A stretch of DNA of 64,000 nucleotides from Promethearchaeia archaeon (GCA_029856145.1 JAHQWK010000011.1:96001-160000); one strand, 5' to 3'. Counted from the first letter of the stretch, positions 9,693 through 20,034 are shown. Notes: a model not told the origin generated them from the sequence alone. Translations and numbers: made by a program.

Positions 9693-10832
9693 TTATTTGA
9701 AGTAAGAAATAAGAGTATTTTTTATCATTTCAAAATGACCTAAATGCGTTTTAGAAAGAGTTTCAAGTACTTCTATAATTCCTACTTTTTCAATCCTTTC
9801 AGTAATTTTGTAATAAGGAGATTCTTTCAATTTTTTCACTAATGCTTTATTTTTCTCAAGATTTCCTAATAAGTATTCTATTGGATTTAATTCGTGAGTT
9901 CCTAGCATTGCTTGAATGATTGCAATGAGCATTGTATCAAAAGTGGTACGAAGAATTATTTCTTGATCAAACTCTGAAGATATCGGAAACAGATAAGATT
10001 TAAGCATAGAGATAGATTCTTTAAATAGGTCTAAAGATTCATTTCCTAATTGTTTAATTCGCTCATTATAAGCTCGATTCTCGGATGCTCTTAAACATAA
10101 AGCGGTTACAGTTTGATATTCTGCAACAAAATGAATGAATCTTGCTTTCACGTTAAGATATGTATCTTTTGATTCTTCCTCATCTATAAAATTATCTAAG
10201 TCATCCAAAGCTTTTCTAAAGTATGAAGCAATATCGGAGAATTTTTTAGCAGAATCTTCGAATTCTCCACTTGACAATAAATTTAATGCTCCTTTTTCTT
10301 CTAATTCATAAAGCTCATCAAATTTGTGTATTTTCATAACCGCTTTTAATATTAATCGCTTTCCCTCATCTTTTTTAATTTTTGAACGCTCAAATGCTTG
10401 TCCTGCTTTTAGAAGAAGTATTGAAGATAAATTAATATACTCCTCAGGATCTGTCTCATAGAAATAATCTGAAGCTTTTTGCCATGATTCTCCTGCAGTC
10501 TCCCAATCATGCATATTAAAAGATACATTTCCTAATTGTATTAATAATTTAGCGGAAACTTCATTAAGTTTTAATTCTTCAGTTTTTCTAATTATTGATT
10601 TCAATCTATAAACAGCTTGAATATTATTTTTAAATCTCGAGATTATTTGAGCAATTCTGATGTATAATTCATCTAATTTAAGATAACTACCAAGATCAAG
10701 GTAGATTGAGGCTGCTTTTTCATAAATTTGGATTGCTTCTTTTCCTTTCCCACGATCAGCAAGGGTTTCTGCTTGGTCTATTAATCTTATAGCCTCCAAC
10801 TCTTTCTCATCATTATCGATATTATTGATCAT
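9693..10832 (-). CDS. TPR / alpha-SNAP-like helical repeat protein
   Basis: Repeats such as EAIQIYEKAASIYLDLG, TAGESWQKASDYF, LLKAGQAFE, DSAKKFSDIASYF. Confidence 0.65.
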   Translation of the reverse strand: MINNIDNDEKELEAIRLIDQAETLADRGKGKEAIQIYEKAASIYLDLGSYLKLDELYIRIAQIISRFKNNIQAVYRLKSIIRKTEELKLNEVSAKLLIQLGNVSFNMHDWETAGESWQKASDYFYETDPEEYINLSSILLLKAGQAFERSKIKKDEGKRLILKAVMKIHKFDELYELEEKGALNLLSSGEFEDSAKKFSDIASYFRKALDDLDNFIDEEESKDTYLNVKARFIHFVAEYQTVTALCLRASENRAYNERIKQLGNESLDLFKESISMLKSYLFPISSEFDQEIILRTTFDTMLIAIIQAMLGTHELNPIEYLLGNLEKNKALVKKLKESPYYKITERIEKVGIIEVLETLSKTHLGHFEMIKNTLISYFK

Positions 10833-11003
10833 TGTTTTTTCTCCCTAACAACTAGCAATTTGTAAATATATGGTTTATTTAAAATTTCAATACAATTTAC
10901 TTAGACTTAATTAAGATATTAAAATCTTAGTATTAATAGCTTTTTATAAAAAAAATTTTTATTTCTTTATATCTTTGCATTAAAATGTTAACACATCGTT
11001 CTA

Positions 11004-11888
11004 TTAAAATTGTTTAAAGAGCTTTATATTTCTACTTTTTAATATATCTCTAAATTCTATTGATTGATAAGCAGATGCAAATGATTCTTGGGCATCCTCA
11101 ATTGCGCCATAAAAAATAAAGTTCGAAAACCACGTTACTATGAACATTATACTAGCTCTTCGGTATCGGGTATGAAATTTGATATTTAAACGCGGTGAAG
11201 AAAATTGAAAAAGAAAAAGGTTGGCCGCCGTTCCAACTGGAAGTCTCAATGATGTACTAATTAATTGTTGAGTCTCTAATATATGAGCTAAACTTTCTAA
11301 ATTTACAACTCCTCCATCAATCCATATTCTTTCAACACCTATATCTTTTAACCCATCAATTATATTCACATTATTAGGTTGATTTTTATCTGTAAGATAT
11401 GTATATCTTTGGTTAGAAGTCATGTTTTCTGAACCAAGAATTAGTATTACAACAGATTTTATTTTGAATTTCCGTATTACTTCTACTTCTTTCTTATTTT
11501 TCAGATTTGAAATTGTATTATATATATATTGTTCTGTTGTAATTCCATTTTCTTTAAGATACTCAATTCCTGCTATTCTTGATTCAAGATTTCCTCCTAA
11601 TATGAAGGGAGGGTTAAAATGATCTAAATAAAATTCTAAATATTTTATCATTGATTTAGGAGTTGTAGCGGAAATTTCTATTAAATTGGGAATTTTATAT
11701 TTTTCTGATAATGATTGATGTGTTTCGATGCGTTTGATTGCTTTTTGAGTGCTAAAAACTTCTGGATTTTTCCGGTCTACAATAGTTTCATTCTGATAAA
11801 AAATTGTACCAATTAGAACGGGTGGTAAATCAAATTGTCCTCTTCCTAATTTTATATTCCCATAAGTATAATATTCAGCATCATCCAT
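11004..11888 (-). CDS. MtrH-family (tetrahydromethanopterin S-methyltransferase subunit H-like) protein
   Basis: LPPVLIGTIFY N-terminal motif, IYNTI, LPVGTA and FIFYGAIE, typical of MtrH. Confidence 0.8.
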   Translation of the reverse strand: MDDAEYYTYGNIKLGRGQFDLPPVLIGTIFYQNETIVDRKNPEVFSTQKAIKRIETHQSLSEKYKIPNLIEISATTPKSMIKYLEFYLDHFNPPFILGGNLESRIAGIEYLKENGITTEQYIYNTISNLKNKKEVEVIRKFKIKSVVILILGSENMTSNQRYTYLTDKNQPNNVNIIDGLKDIGVERIWIDGGVVNLESLAHILETQQLISTSLRLPVGTAANLFLFQFSSPRLNIKFHTRYRRASIMFIVTWFSNFIFYGAIEDAQESFASAYQSIEFRDILKSRNIKLFKQF

Positions 11889-12080
11889 TTTGAGATCAAC
11901 AAATAAATTTTATACTAATAATAGGAATAAAAAACTATTTAATCTGCTTACTTTTTCAATAGAAAGATATGTTTTCTATATTTTTTCTAACATCACTAAT
12001 GTAACAAGATTATATGTTTGAAGACTATTAATTATTTAAAAATTAAATTAACTCGAAATTATAGAGAAAATATGATTAAA

Positions 12081-12332
12081 ATGGATGATGAAAACATATC
12101 ACAAGTTAATGTTGCAGCATATTATCTTGCACAAAAAGGCTACACTTATGACAAACTCTGCTGGATGTTAGCACAAAGACAGTTACTCATTCAAAGGGAC
12201 CCAGCTTATAATCAGGAAGGAAGGATAAGAGAAAAAGCTGCTGAAATATTTTATTCTGACCCAACCTATGATATTTTGTGCTACTTAATTTCAGAAATAG
12301 ATATTGCGATGAAATTAAGTAAGAAACAGTGA
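12081..12332 (+). CDS. Small protein with two internal helical repeats (DUF2934-like pattern)
   Basis: VNVAAYYLAQKGYTYDKLCWMLAQRQL and IREKAAEIFYSDPTYDILCYLISEIDI. Start uncertain (12018, 12072 or 12081). Confidence 0.6.
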   Translation: MDDENISQVNVAAYYLAQKGYTYDKLCWMLAQRQLLIQRDPAYNQEGRIREKAAEIFYSDPTYDILCYLISEIDIAMKLSKKQ

Positions 12333-12365
12333 TTTATTCGCTTTGTAAGATTCTGGTTAAAAAAT

Positions 12366-13571
12366 TTAATAAAGATGAAGTTTCGATTCACAGGTGCGAC
12401 AATGGCTTTCTTTTAATTTCTTAAAACAATCCTCGTGATAAAGAGCATTACATTGAAGATTACCACATTGTACTGCGGCCTGACCTTTCTCAAAGATTAA
12501 ATGGCAAACAGGACATGCATTAAAAAGGGCTTCCTCTCCAAGTAACCCAACATCTTGAATATATTTAGCTGGCATGATTTCAGGTTTTTTAGCTGTTTCT
12601 TCTTTAAAACCCTTTGTAAGAGTACGTAATTTTTGAATTTGAGTGACTTCTATAGGGATTCTTAACAGATAAAAGCAATGAGGGCATCTAGCAGTACCAG
12701 ATCTTTTTACTTTATGATTTTTTTGGGAATCTGCCCATGCAGCTAAACAATGAATATGAAAAGGTGTAGTACAATTAGGGCAATACCTCCCTGTAACATA
12801 AAAAGAGCCCTTTGTATAGGGATTTTTATCAGAAAAACAAATCGAACATTTCTTAAAATCAACTTCTCCTCTTATTTGTTTTGAACGTTGTTCTTGATCT
12901 TTTGTTAGGTCTTGAACTCTTAATAAATCCGCTGCAATTTTTCTAAGAAACGCTGGGTTTTCTATAAGAGCTTCTTTCCCAGCCCCATACTTTTTATAAT
13001 TATCATCTGCAATTTCTTGTGCTGATCTAATTAATGACTCATGATCATTATTATAAAAGTATCTACCACCTGTGATATCACTTATTTTCTTTAGTATATT
13101 ATCTCGTCTTGTATTTCCAAGACCAAAAGTATCAATTCTGATATTTAAACCTTGAGCAAGACGTGCCATTTTTAAAGGATCAACAGCAGACTTCATATAA
13201 TTTCCATCAGAAATCAAAACTATTCTTGGAGTTTTAGCACCAATTTTACGTAATTCAGCGATTAAAGTTTTAATCGATAAAGCTAATGCATCACCCATCG
13301 CAGAATAACCTCCACAATGTAAGGAACTCAAGGCTTTATTGATGTTATCTCCGAAACTAGCGGTTGTAAAGTCTATCATCTTTTTTGGTTTGTCAGAATA
13401 TTTTATTAACGCAAAAGCACTTAAACTATCTAGATTGGATCTTTCCCTTATCAAAGTTTTAGCCGCGGAAATACAACAAGCTAATCGGTTAGGACTGAAA
13501 TCCTTTCTATACATCGACCTTGACGTATCTATACATATGACGAGATTCTCTGGAATTCTATTGTCTGACAT
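12366..13571 (-). CDS. VWA domain (Rpn10/Ssl1-like) fused to two C4HC3 RING-like zinc fingers
   Basis: ICIDTSRSMYRKDFSPNRL and IVLISDG; CSIC..CPNC..FHIHC..W..CPHC; CPVC..CGNLQC..YHEDC..CRTC. Confidence 0.8.
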   Translation of the reverse strand: MSDNRIPENLVICIDTSRSMYRKDFSPNRLACCISAAKTLIRERSNLDSLSAFALIKYSDKPKKMIDFTTASFGDNINKALSSLHCGGYSAMGDALALSIKTLIAELRKIGAKTPRIVLISDGNYMKSAVDPLKMARLAQGLNIRIDTFGLGNTRRDNILKKISDITGGRYFYNNDHESLIRSAQEIADDNYKKYGAGKEALIENPAFLRKIAADLLRVQDLTKDQEQRSKQIRGEVDFKKCSICFSDKNPYTKGSFYVTGRYCPNCTTPFHIHCLAAWADSQKNHKVKRSGTARCPHCFYLLRIPIEVTQIQKLRTLTKGFKEETAKKPEIMPAKYIQDVGLLGEEALFNACPVCHLIFEKGQAAVQCGNLQCNALYHEDCFKKLKESHCRTCESKLHLY

Positions 13572-13790
13572 TTTAATTAAAGTATTTGCCGTGTCTATTT
13601 TTTAATGTGTAGCAAATGATCTTTTTGATTCACTCTTTTTTTAAATGTTTATTAATAACTAATTAATTAATACTGCTTCAATTAGATAAAGTTTATTTTT
13701 ACAAAAAAAAATAATATTTAATAAGACCTATATTACTATTAAAATTAAGAATATTAGTAAAAAGAAAATTGATATTAAATTTGATGCGTA

Positions 13791-14999
13791 ATGTCAGAAA
13801 ATAGTAGTAAAAATGTAGCTATTAAAGATTTCTTTAAAAGAAATGTTCTAATAAATGAACTTGAAGAAGTTTTAAGATTTAAACTGGATTCACTAATAGG
13901 TGTTGATAAAATTAGTTCTGATCATTTAGTTAATGAAGGAATAAAAACTATTGACGATTTAGCTAATTTATCTGTCTCAAATCTGCCTGAAATAAAAGAA
14001 ATCCTCCCAAATATGCTACTAAAATGGGTAAAAATTGCTAAAGTTATCCAAAAGAATGTACAAGAACAACTTCGTCGACATAAAAAGATCCTGATGATAG
14101 GACTCGATTCAGCAGGCAAGACATCTATCCTAGCTGTAGTTCAAGATAAGTTTTCTATCATAAAGTCATTGTTACCAACGAGAGGCGTCAAAAGAGAGAA
14201 ACTGGACTTTTTCGGTTATCCAATAGTCTCGTGGGATTTAGGCGGGCAAGTACAATACAGAGAGAAACTTTACTTTAATAGACCTGAACTTTTCTTTACA
14301 GAGGCAGATATAATGTTGTATGTTGTCGACTCGCAGGATCCAGATAGAATTCCTGAGGCTGCTAACTATTTTCGAGAGGTTTTAAAGGTATTAAAAGATT
14401 TACATGAGAAACCTGAACTCTTGATTGTTTTAAGCAAAAGTGATCAAGATATACGTAAAACACTACAATGGCAACAAAATGTCACAAGCGTAAAAAACAA
14501 GTTTAACAGTATTGTCGCCGATTATGAAGATTTTGTTGTCGATTATTGCGATACAACAGTGTTTCAAAGAGAAACTATAATGCAAATGTTCAGTATTGCA
14601 TTAAAGAAAGTTTCTGATACTTCTGAAATAATCGAACACATCCTTGAAGAGTTTACACATCAAGTAGAAGCAAAAGCATCAAGCTTAGTATCAATGGATG
14701 GATTAATTTTCGGTAGTTACACAGGTTCCGATACAGATGAAATGCTTATAAATAATACAGCTTTATTACTTCAAACGCTTTCAAACTTTTATAATTCGAT
14801 AGGGTTAATTAGAGAAAAGTCAATAAAACTAGAGTTACCTCTTAATGGGTTCACAATTCGGGGCGAAAAATTATTTGAGTATTCTGAATTGCAGATCCCC
14901 GTATATTTATGGATGCTTTCTCAAAATCCAGAATTATTAGAGGGCAAAATTGATTATTTCAGAGAACAACTGCTTCCGTTGATAAACCTTTTTCTATAA
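13791..14999 (+). CDS. Arf-like small GTPase with N-terminal HhH-like and C-terminal roadblock-like domains
   Basis: G1 GLDSAGKTS, G2 PT, G3 WDLGGQ, G4 SKSD; N-terminal LIGVDKISSDHLVNEGIKTIDDL; C-terminal ASSLVSMDGLIFGS. Confidence 0.85.
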   Translation: MSENSSKNVAIKDFFKRNVLINELEEVLRFKLDSLIGVDKISSDHLVNEGIKTIDDLANLSVSNLPEIKEILPNMLLKWVKIAKVIQKNVQEQLRRHKKILMIGLDSAGKTSILAVVQDKFSIIKSLLPTRGVKREKLDFFGYPIVSWDLGGQVQYREKLYFNRPELFFTEADIMLYVVDSQDPDRIPEAANYFREVLKVLKDLHEKPELLIVLSKSDQDIRKTLQWQQNVTSVKNKFNSIVADYEDFVVDYCDTTVFQRETIMQMFSIALKKVSDTSEIIEHILEEFTHQVEAKASSLVSMDGLIFGSYTGSDTDEMLINNTALLLQTLSNFYNSIGLIREKSIKLELPLNGFTIRGEKLFEYSELQIPVYLWMLSQNPELLEGKIDYFREQLLPLINLFL

Positions 15000-15037
15000 A
15001 TTTCTTTATCTTTTTTGGATGTATAATCCAGTAAAAC

Positions 15038-15256
15038 TTAATTCAATTCCAATTCTTTATTTGCTGTAAGTAAAAACTCATTACATTTATCTAGCATTTT
15101 AATGGCATTATCTAATTTTACCACCACAGATTCTAAACCTTTTTCTTTAGCAATGTTTCGCCATTTTAAGAAACTTTCTTTATGTGAATCATTATGATCT
15201 GCCCAATGTTTACATAATTTTGATAATTTTAAAATATCTTTATCCAGTTTATCCAA
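15038..15256 (-). CDS. Small helical protein with HWxxHNxxH motif (probable metal binding)
   Basis: KLCKHWADHNDSHKESFLKW; TTG start; lies downstream of cdhA on the same strand. Confidence 0.7.
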   Translation of the reverse strand: MDKLDKDILKLSKLCKHWADHNDSHKESFLKWRNIAKEKGLESVVVKLDNAIKMLDKCNEFLLTANKELELN

Positions 15257-15562
15257 AATGTCTCACATCTTTAATATTGATCTGATTTTGTAATGAAAAT
15301 AAGCTTTACACATTAACTTTTGGTTTTTCTATTTAATTAGATTTAAATAATAATATCTAATTATTGATTACTCTTATTAAATTAGAATTGAAAGATTATA
15401 CAAGAAATTGTAGACTTTGATGTTGAAGTAAAAGCTTGTAATTTTTTTTTAGAAAGATTAAGGGATTTAACTAAGTAATAAGTTAAAAATTTGAATATTT
15501 CTAGAAATTAAAATAAATCAGTAAATAAATAATTATAAAATAAATAAAAAAAGATAAATAAA

Positions 15563-17911
15563 TTAAGTTCGACACAATCTTTTTAAGAGTGTAGGATCCA
15601 CGATTTCTTTTGGCTTCCAGCCTCTTTCTTTTAGAAATTCCTGAATTTCATCTTTCATATTAATTGGGATATCTGCTTCGACTCGAACAAATTTTTCTAA
15701 ATCGTTTGGAAATTGGACACCTTTGTATTTTCTCTCTAAGTCAATCCAATGAGAAAGTTTAATCATTCTTCCTTTAGAGTTATCTGCTGGTCTCAAACAT
15801 AATTTAGCAACAAGGCAGATCGCTTGTTCAATAGATTCGGCAGTAGTTAATAGATGTTCTGGACCTGGACCAACTAGATGATCGGCAGTTCCATCTCTAG
15901 CATTATATACTTTCCAAGTATCTTCATCATCAGACCTTCCAATATACATACGCCTATATTCTGCTGAATGAGGACCACAAACCGCAGGAACTCCTACTCC
16001 GTTAGCCATGCTCGCGATACTCGCGGCTTTCTGGCTCATCGCACCCCACGCAACACCGACTGCACCTACACGATTAAGAACATAATCGGCAATCTCTTCA
16101 AAATTTCCCCTTAAAGGGCGCCTTGCGAATATATTAGCGACTTTTAAAGCTGCTCCAGTGATATGCGGATTAGAGACGCATGAACCAACATTAATTAAGC
16201 CACCTCTGTCAAAATCTCCGGGGAATCGGTCGTAAAGTGTTTTACCCTCTTCATCCTTGACTAATCCAATATCCATCGCTCCGCAACCAGAAACTACAAC
16301 GATATAATTCCTTACACAAAATTCTTCTGCCATTAAGTATAATTCTTGAATATCTTTAGCATAATTAGCACATCCTATAATTGCGACAATACCGGGTATT
16401 TCTCCTAACACAATAGGAGCCCCAACATTGCGGATTTCTGTGTCCATAATTGGACCGCGACCAGATCTACAATTATATTTTTCATTCCGAATTTTTTCTC
16501 TTCCCGCATACATGATTAAAGTTAAAGGAGATACTTCCTTCATACAATCGGCTTCACACCTACCACAATCCAAACAAGAATCATATACTTCTTCTAATAA
16601 TGAAAAATCACCATCCTTTACCATTGCCACACCTTCAACAATTGGTAAATCGTTTGGACAATTCCTCTGGCAATTGCCACAACCATTACAATTCATTGCC
16701 ATATCAATACAGCCTTGCTCATCAGGAACGGCGCTTTTAGCTTTTCTTATAGGTTTGACTTTAATAGCCGTTTCAACCGCAACTTTTCCTGCCTTTATTG
16801 GATCTAGGATTAATACCCCATCCATTTTGCCACTAACTAAATCTTCTATTATTTCTTCAGCAGGATCATTAGTTCGATCAGGTAATCCGCCCATAATTTT
16901 TTCATTTGTAGCAATAAACGGAGCATTTACTAGTTTTGCTTGCTCGTGGGCGCGAAGATTAACGCATTGTTCATCAACCATTACGACATCGGCTAGCCCA
17001 GAGCGAATGTAAAACATCTGACGGGAGAGAGAACCAACGATTTTAGCACCAGAATAGTATCTAGTTAGATCTAATGCAGTACAACAAATTGCACCTACAT
17101 CTACTTTGCTATCTAAGTTATTTTCTCTCATGTAATCAACAAGTTCTACACCGGGGGCAACATTATGACCTATCATTAGAATTGTTGCTTTATTTTCAGC
17201 ATCCATCGTGCCCATTCCTAATTCTACTATTGGAACATCTGGATCACCCATTGGAAATCCATATGCTGCAATCTGGACTGCATCAGAAATCTCCATTCCT
17301 ACTGAATCTGCTAGACCTGCTAAAAAGCTTTTAGCCTCATAGTCTAAATAATTTGACTCTTGACCCGTGTGACCCGCGGCTAAGAGATGCGTGATAGTGC
17401 TTTGTACCCACTCCATCGCAGTCTCTAAATCCTCAAGGGTCTCAGGTTTCATTCCCACTACTAATCGAGTATGTGGCATCTCTACAGCGATATTGTTTCC
17501 AAAATTAATGGGTACATTGCCATATTTCTCTTTGAGCCAATGTAGTAGATGATCACCATGAGCCGAGTGACACGCTGCACCTATACAACAGGCAATCTCC
17601 ACTATTTTTGCGCATGCACCTTCTATGTTAATACCACACGCTCCTGTTCGCCCTTTGGAAAGGTTACATTTCCCGTATGTACATAGACAACACATATCAC
17701 AGATCGGCATGTAAAACGGTTTGTACCTTTCCATCATTTTAAAAAACCATGATCGCAGCGTAGGTATATGAGGCGAGGCTGTCGGTCCAAGTGGTTCCCA
17801 TTCAGTTTCATCTCCATATGATATTTTCCCAGTAGTAAGTTCAAATCCTTTAATTGTACCGAGAGGGCCTTTATACTCATCTATTTTGATTTTAGCTCCT
17901 CTTTTTTCCAT
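15563..17911 (-). CDS. cdhA: CO dehydrogenase/acetyl-CoA synthase complex subunit alpha
   Basis: CDMCCLCTYGKC, IGHN, AICCTA, DEQC, two ferredoxin motifs (CNGCGNCQRNCP, CLDCGRCEADC), GSCVSN, WGAMSQKA. Confidence 0.96.
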   Translation of the reverse strand: MEKRGAKIKIDEYKGPLGTIKGFELTTGKISYGDETEWEPLGPTASPHIPTLRSWFFKMMERYKPFYMPICDMCCLCTYGKCNLSKGRTGACGINIEGACAKIVEIACCIGAACHSAHGDHLLHWLKEKYGNVPINFGNNIAVEMPHTRLVVGMKPETLEDLETAMEWVQSTITHLLAAGHTGQESNYLDYEAKSFLAGLADSVGMEISDAVQIAAYGFPMGDPDVPIVELGMGTMDAENKATILMIGHNVAPGVELVDYMRENNLDSKVDVGAICCTALDLTRYYSGAKIVGSLSRQMFYIRSGLADVVMVDEQCVNLRAHEQAKLVNAPFIATNEKIMGGLPDRTNDPAEEIIEDLVSGKMDGVLILDPIKAGKVAVETAIKVKPIRKAKSAVPDEQGCIDMAMNCNGCGNCQRNCPNDLPIVEGVAMVKDGDFSLLEEVYDSCLDCGRCEADCMKEVSPLTLIMYAGREKIRNEKYNCRSGRGPIMDTEIRNVGAPIVLGEIPGIVAIIGCANYAKDIQELYLMAEEFCVRNYIVVVSGCGAMDIGLVKDEEGKTLYDRFPGDFDRGGLINVGSCVSNPHITGAALKVANIFARRPLRGNFEEIADYVLNRVGAVGVAWGAMSQKAASIASMANGVGVPAVCGPHSAEYRRMYIGRSDDEDTWKVYNARDGTADHLVGPGPEHLLTTAESIEQAICLVAKLCLRPADNSKGRMIKLSHWIDLERKYKGVQFPNDLEKFVRVEADIPINMKDEIQEFLKERGWKPKEIVDPTLLKRLCRT

Positions 17912-18103
17912 ATTTCAATTCACATTATTTTTAATTTGATTTTATATTGATTTTATGATATTTGAATATAATTAGAGTTATGGTAGATTTTATTTTAATT
18001 ATTATATTCCAAAACTCAAATTGTAATCTATATTAATTGAAAAAAGTGTGAAATTTCACTCAAATAATTTTTATCAGAAAAAGAATTAAAATTAGAATCC
18101 AGT

Positions 18104-18691
18104 TTAAAGAGTAGATAAGAAATCTGATACTGATTCTTTTGAATCTATTAATTTGTCATCTAATGTCTCTCCAATTAGGTCAAATTTGAATACGCATCTT
18201 TTATGCCCTAACAGGACACACTCAATTTCTTCAACATCGACATCAATTTTTAGCGTCTCAAACATGCCACTAAAGAGTCCTTGATAAAGCAAGCATAAGT
18301 TTTTTGCCATTATATTGTCTTTTTCCTCAGATGATAATGAATCTATTACTGTAATTAAGATGCTATTTTTTTTAAAATACCCTGTTATTTCTCCAAATCC
18401 CATAAGTTCTAATGCTTCAAGGTTCCCAAGAACGACTTCTTTTCTTGTTGCTATAGGCTCTGAGCTCCAATCTTTATTAGAGAAGAACTTTTCTACATAG
18501 TTTCGTCCAATAGTTTTACCGACCCAAACAAGGATATCATCTGCGTTAGTACCAGCAAAATCTGAGAATTCAATTAAATCAATTGGTCTTAGCATCAACA
18601 AACGTAAATCTTTCTTTTTATCACCGAAATATAATTGACCTGTTTTCTCGTCAATCATAATTTGTAAATCTTTTTTGAGTCTTTTAGACAT
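18104..18691 (-). CDS. V4R (4-vinyl reductase / Bet3-like fold) domain protein
   Basis: VGKTIG, MGFGEI, LCLLYQGLFSGMFE, VEEIECVLLGHKRCVF. Confidence 0.85.
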   Translation of the reverse strand: MSKRLKKDLQIMIDEKTGQLYFGDKKKDLRLLMLRPIDLIEFSDFAGTNADDILVWVGKTIGRNYVEKFFSNKDWSSEPIATRKEVVLGNLEALELMGFGEITGYFKKNSILITVIDSLSSEEKDNIMAKNLCLLYQGLFSGMFETLKIDVDVEEIECVLLGHKRCVFKFDLIGETLDDKLIDSKESVSDFLSTL

Positions 18692-18853
18692 TGATTATCC
18701 CTAATTTGTTATCTAAAGAGAATTATTAAGTTTTTATTTCATATAATAGAAATTTAAACGGCTAGATATTTAAATTTAATGTTTAATACATCAAATCCTA
18801 ATCTTTTATCAAATTTGAGTATTTTTTAAGTCATATCGCATTAATAATAAAAA

Positions 18854-19852
18854 TTAAGAAGAAATTAAATCAAAAATCTCTGGTATTATATTATCGATAT
18901 TAAGATTAGTTTTTACTGAAGTTAATAAGAAATTCCATTTTCTATTTTTTATATTTTTGAAATTATAGAAATTAAAAAGTTCTTTTTCTAAGTTTTGAAC
19001 TTGACTGTCATAGTCTTCTTTAGAACATTTGATTAAATCAATTTTATTACCTAATATGAGCAATGGGATGCCCTCTAATTCATCTTTATTTATTACGTTC
19101 CAGAATTCGCTGCTTGATTCCTCAAATCTTCTCTGATTAGCAATATCAATCATATAGATAATAAGATTTGAATCTTGAAGCCCTATTAACCATTTTGGTC
19201 GAAATGATTTCTGTCCGGGCATATCCCATATTGCTAATAGCCCTTTTTCTTCTACTGGGATATATTCAATATTAAATTTCCTAGTTGGAGTAAAATAATT
19301 CTCGTTAAATTCTCCTGTTTTTAATCTTCTAACTAAGCTAGATTTTCCAACTTCATCAATTCCAAATAGGAAAACTTTAAAAAATGTTTCTCTTTGAAAA
19401 TAATAATCAATTTCGTAAGGTTTCTCAATTACTTCATCACCGAACCTTCGAATATCAATAAACATAGAAATTAATAAATTATCAACTTCCATTTCATCAT
19501 CGAAGGAATATCCATTACCGTTATTCAATAATTCATTTAATAATTCTTTAAATATTTCCTTATAGTCATAAGGATTATCTTCATTATCAAAAATTAAACC
19601 TAAGATAATTTTACCATTGATACAACAAGTATATAAATTTAATTCATTGAGGAATTGAGCAATAGGCTCATTAATTGCAAATTGCTTCAAATTTAATTGT
19701 TGAGAGCATTCTTCTTTATCATGTTCTTTTATAATATTATTAACAAGTATTTTATCTTTGATACTAATAATTTCATGAGGATAACTATAGATATTAAGAT
19801 CTTCCAAATCTTGGATTTTATTTCCTTTAAATAAAAAGATGTTATATAACAA
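18854..19852 (-). CDS. Arf-like small GTPase with N-terminal longin/uDENN-like domain
   Basis: G1 GIDEVGKSS, PT, G3 WDMPGQ, G4 NKID, G5 TSVK; ~150-aa N-terminal alpha/beta domain (ILGLIFDNEDNPYDY). The N-domain assignment is inference. Confidence 0.8.
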   Translation of the reverse strand: MLYNIFLFKGNKIQDLEDLNIYSYPHEIISIKDKILVNNIIKEHDKEECSQQLNLKQFAINEPIAQFLNELNLYTCCINGKIILGLIFDNEDNPYDYKEIFKELLNELLNNGNGYSFDDEMEVDNLLISMFIDIRRFGDEVIEKPYEIDYYFQRETFFKVFLFGIDEVGKSSLVRRLKTGEFNENYFTPTRKFNIEYIPVEEKGLLAIWDMPGQKSFRPKWLIGLQDSNLIIYMIDIANQRRFEESSSEFWNVINKDELEGIPLLILGNKIDLIKCSKEDYDSQVQNLEKELFNFYNFKNIKNRKWNFLLTSVKTNLNIDNIIPEIFDLISS

Positions 19853-20034
19853 TTATATTTCCAGAATTCTTAATTCCTATATGTTTGAAAATAAAAATAA
19901 CTTAAAAAACGTTTGGAATCTTGCTGATTTTATATCCTTTTAAAGTTTTCGGTTTAAATTATAAAAGACAATCACTCTTTTGGTATTTATAAAAGAAACT
20001 AGAAATAAATCTGTTAAAAGTGAATTAATTAAAA

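Noticed and set aside
16428-17334. Plus-strand ORFs inside cdhA, and the similar antisense or nested ORFs at 2392, 11422, 13339, 13922, 18315, 21637, 22377, 25642, 26628, 27264, 32661, 33159, 34227, 34672, 35507, 38007, 40049, 45529, 45927, 47315, 50587, 51499, 51732, 53520, 56907 and 63547
   Set aside because: They overlap well-supported genes, have the S/I/F/P-rich composition of antisense shadows or lie in alternative frames, and show no motifs.
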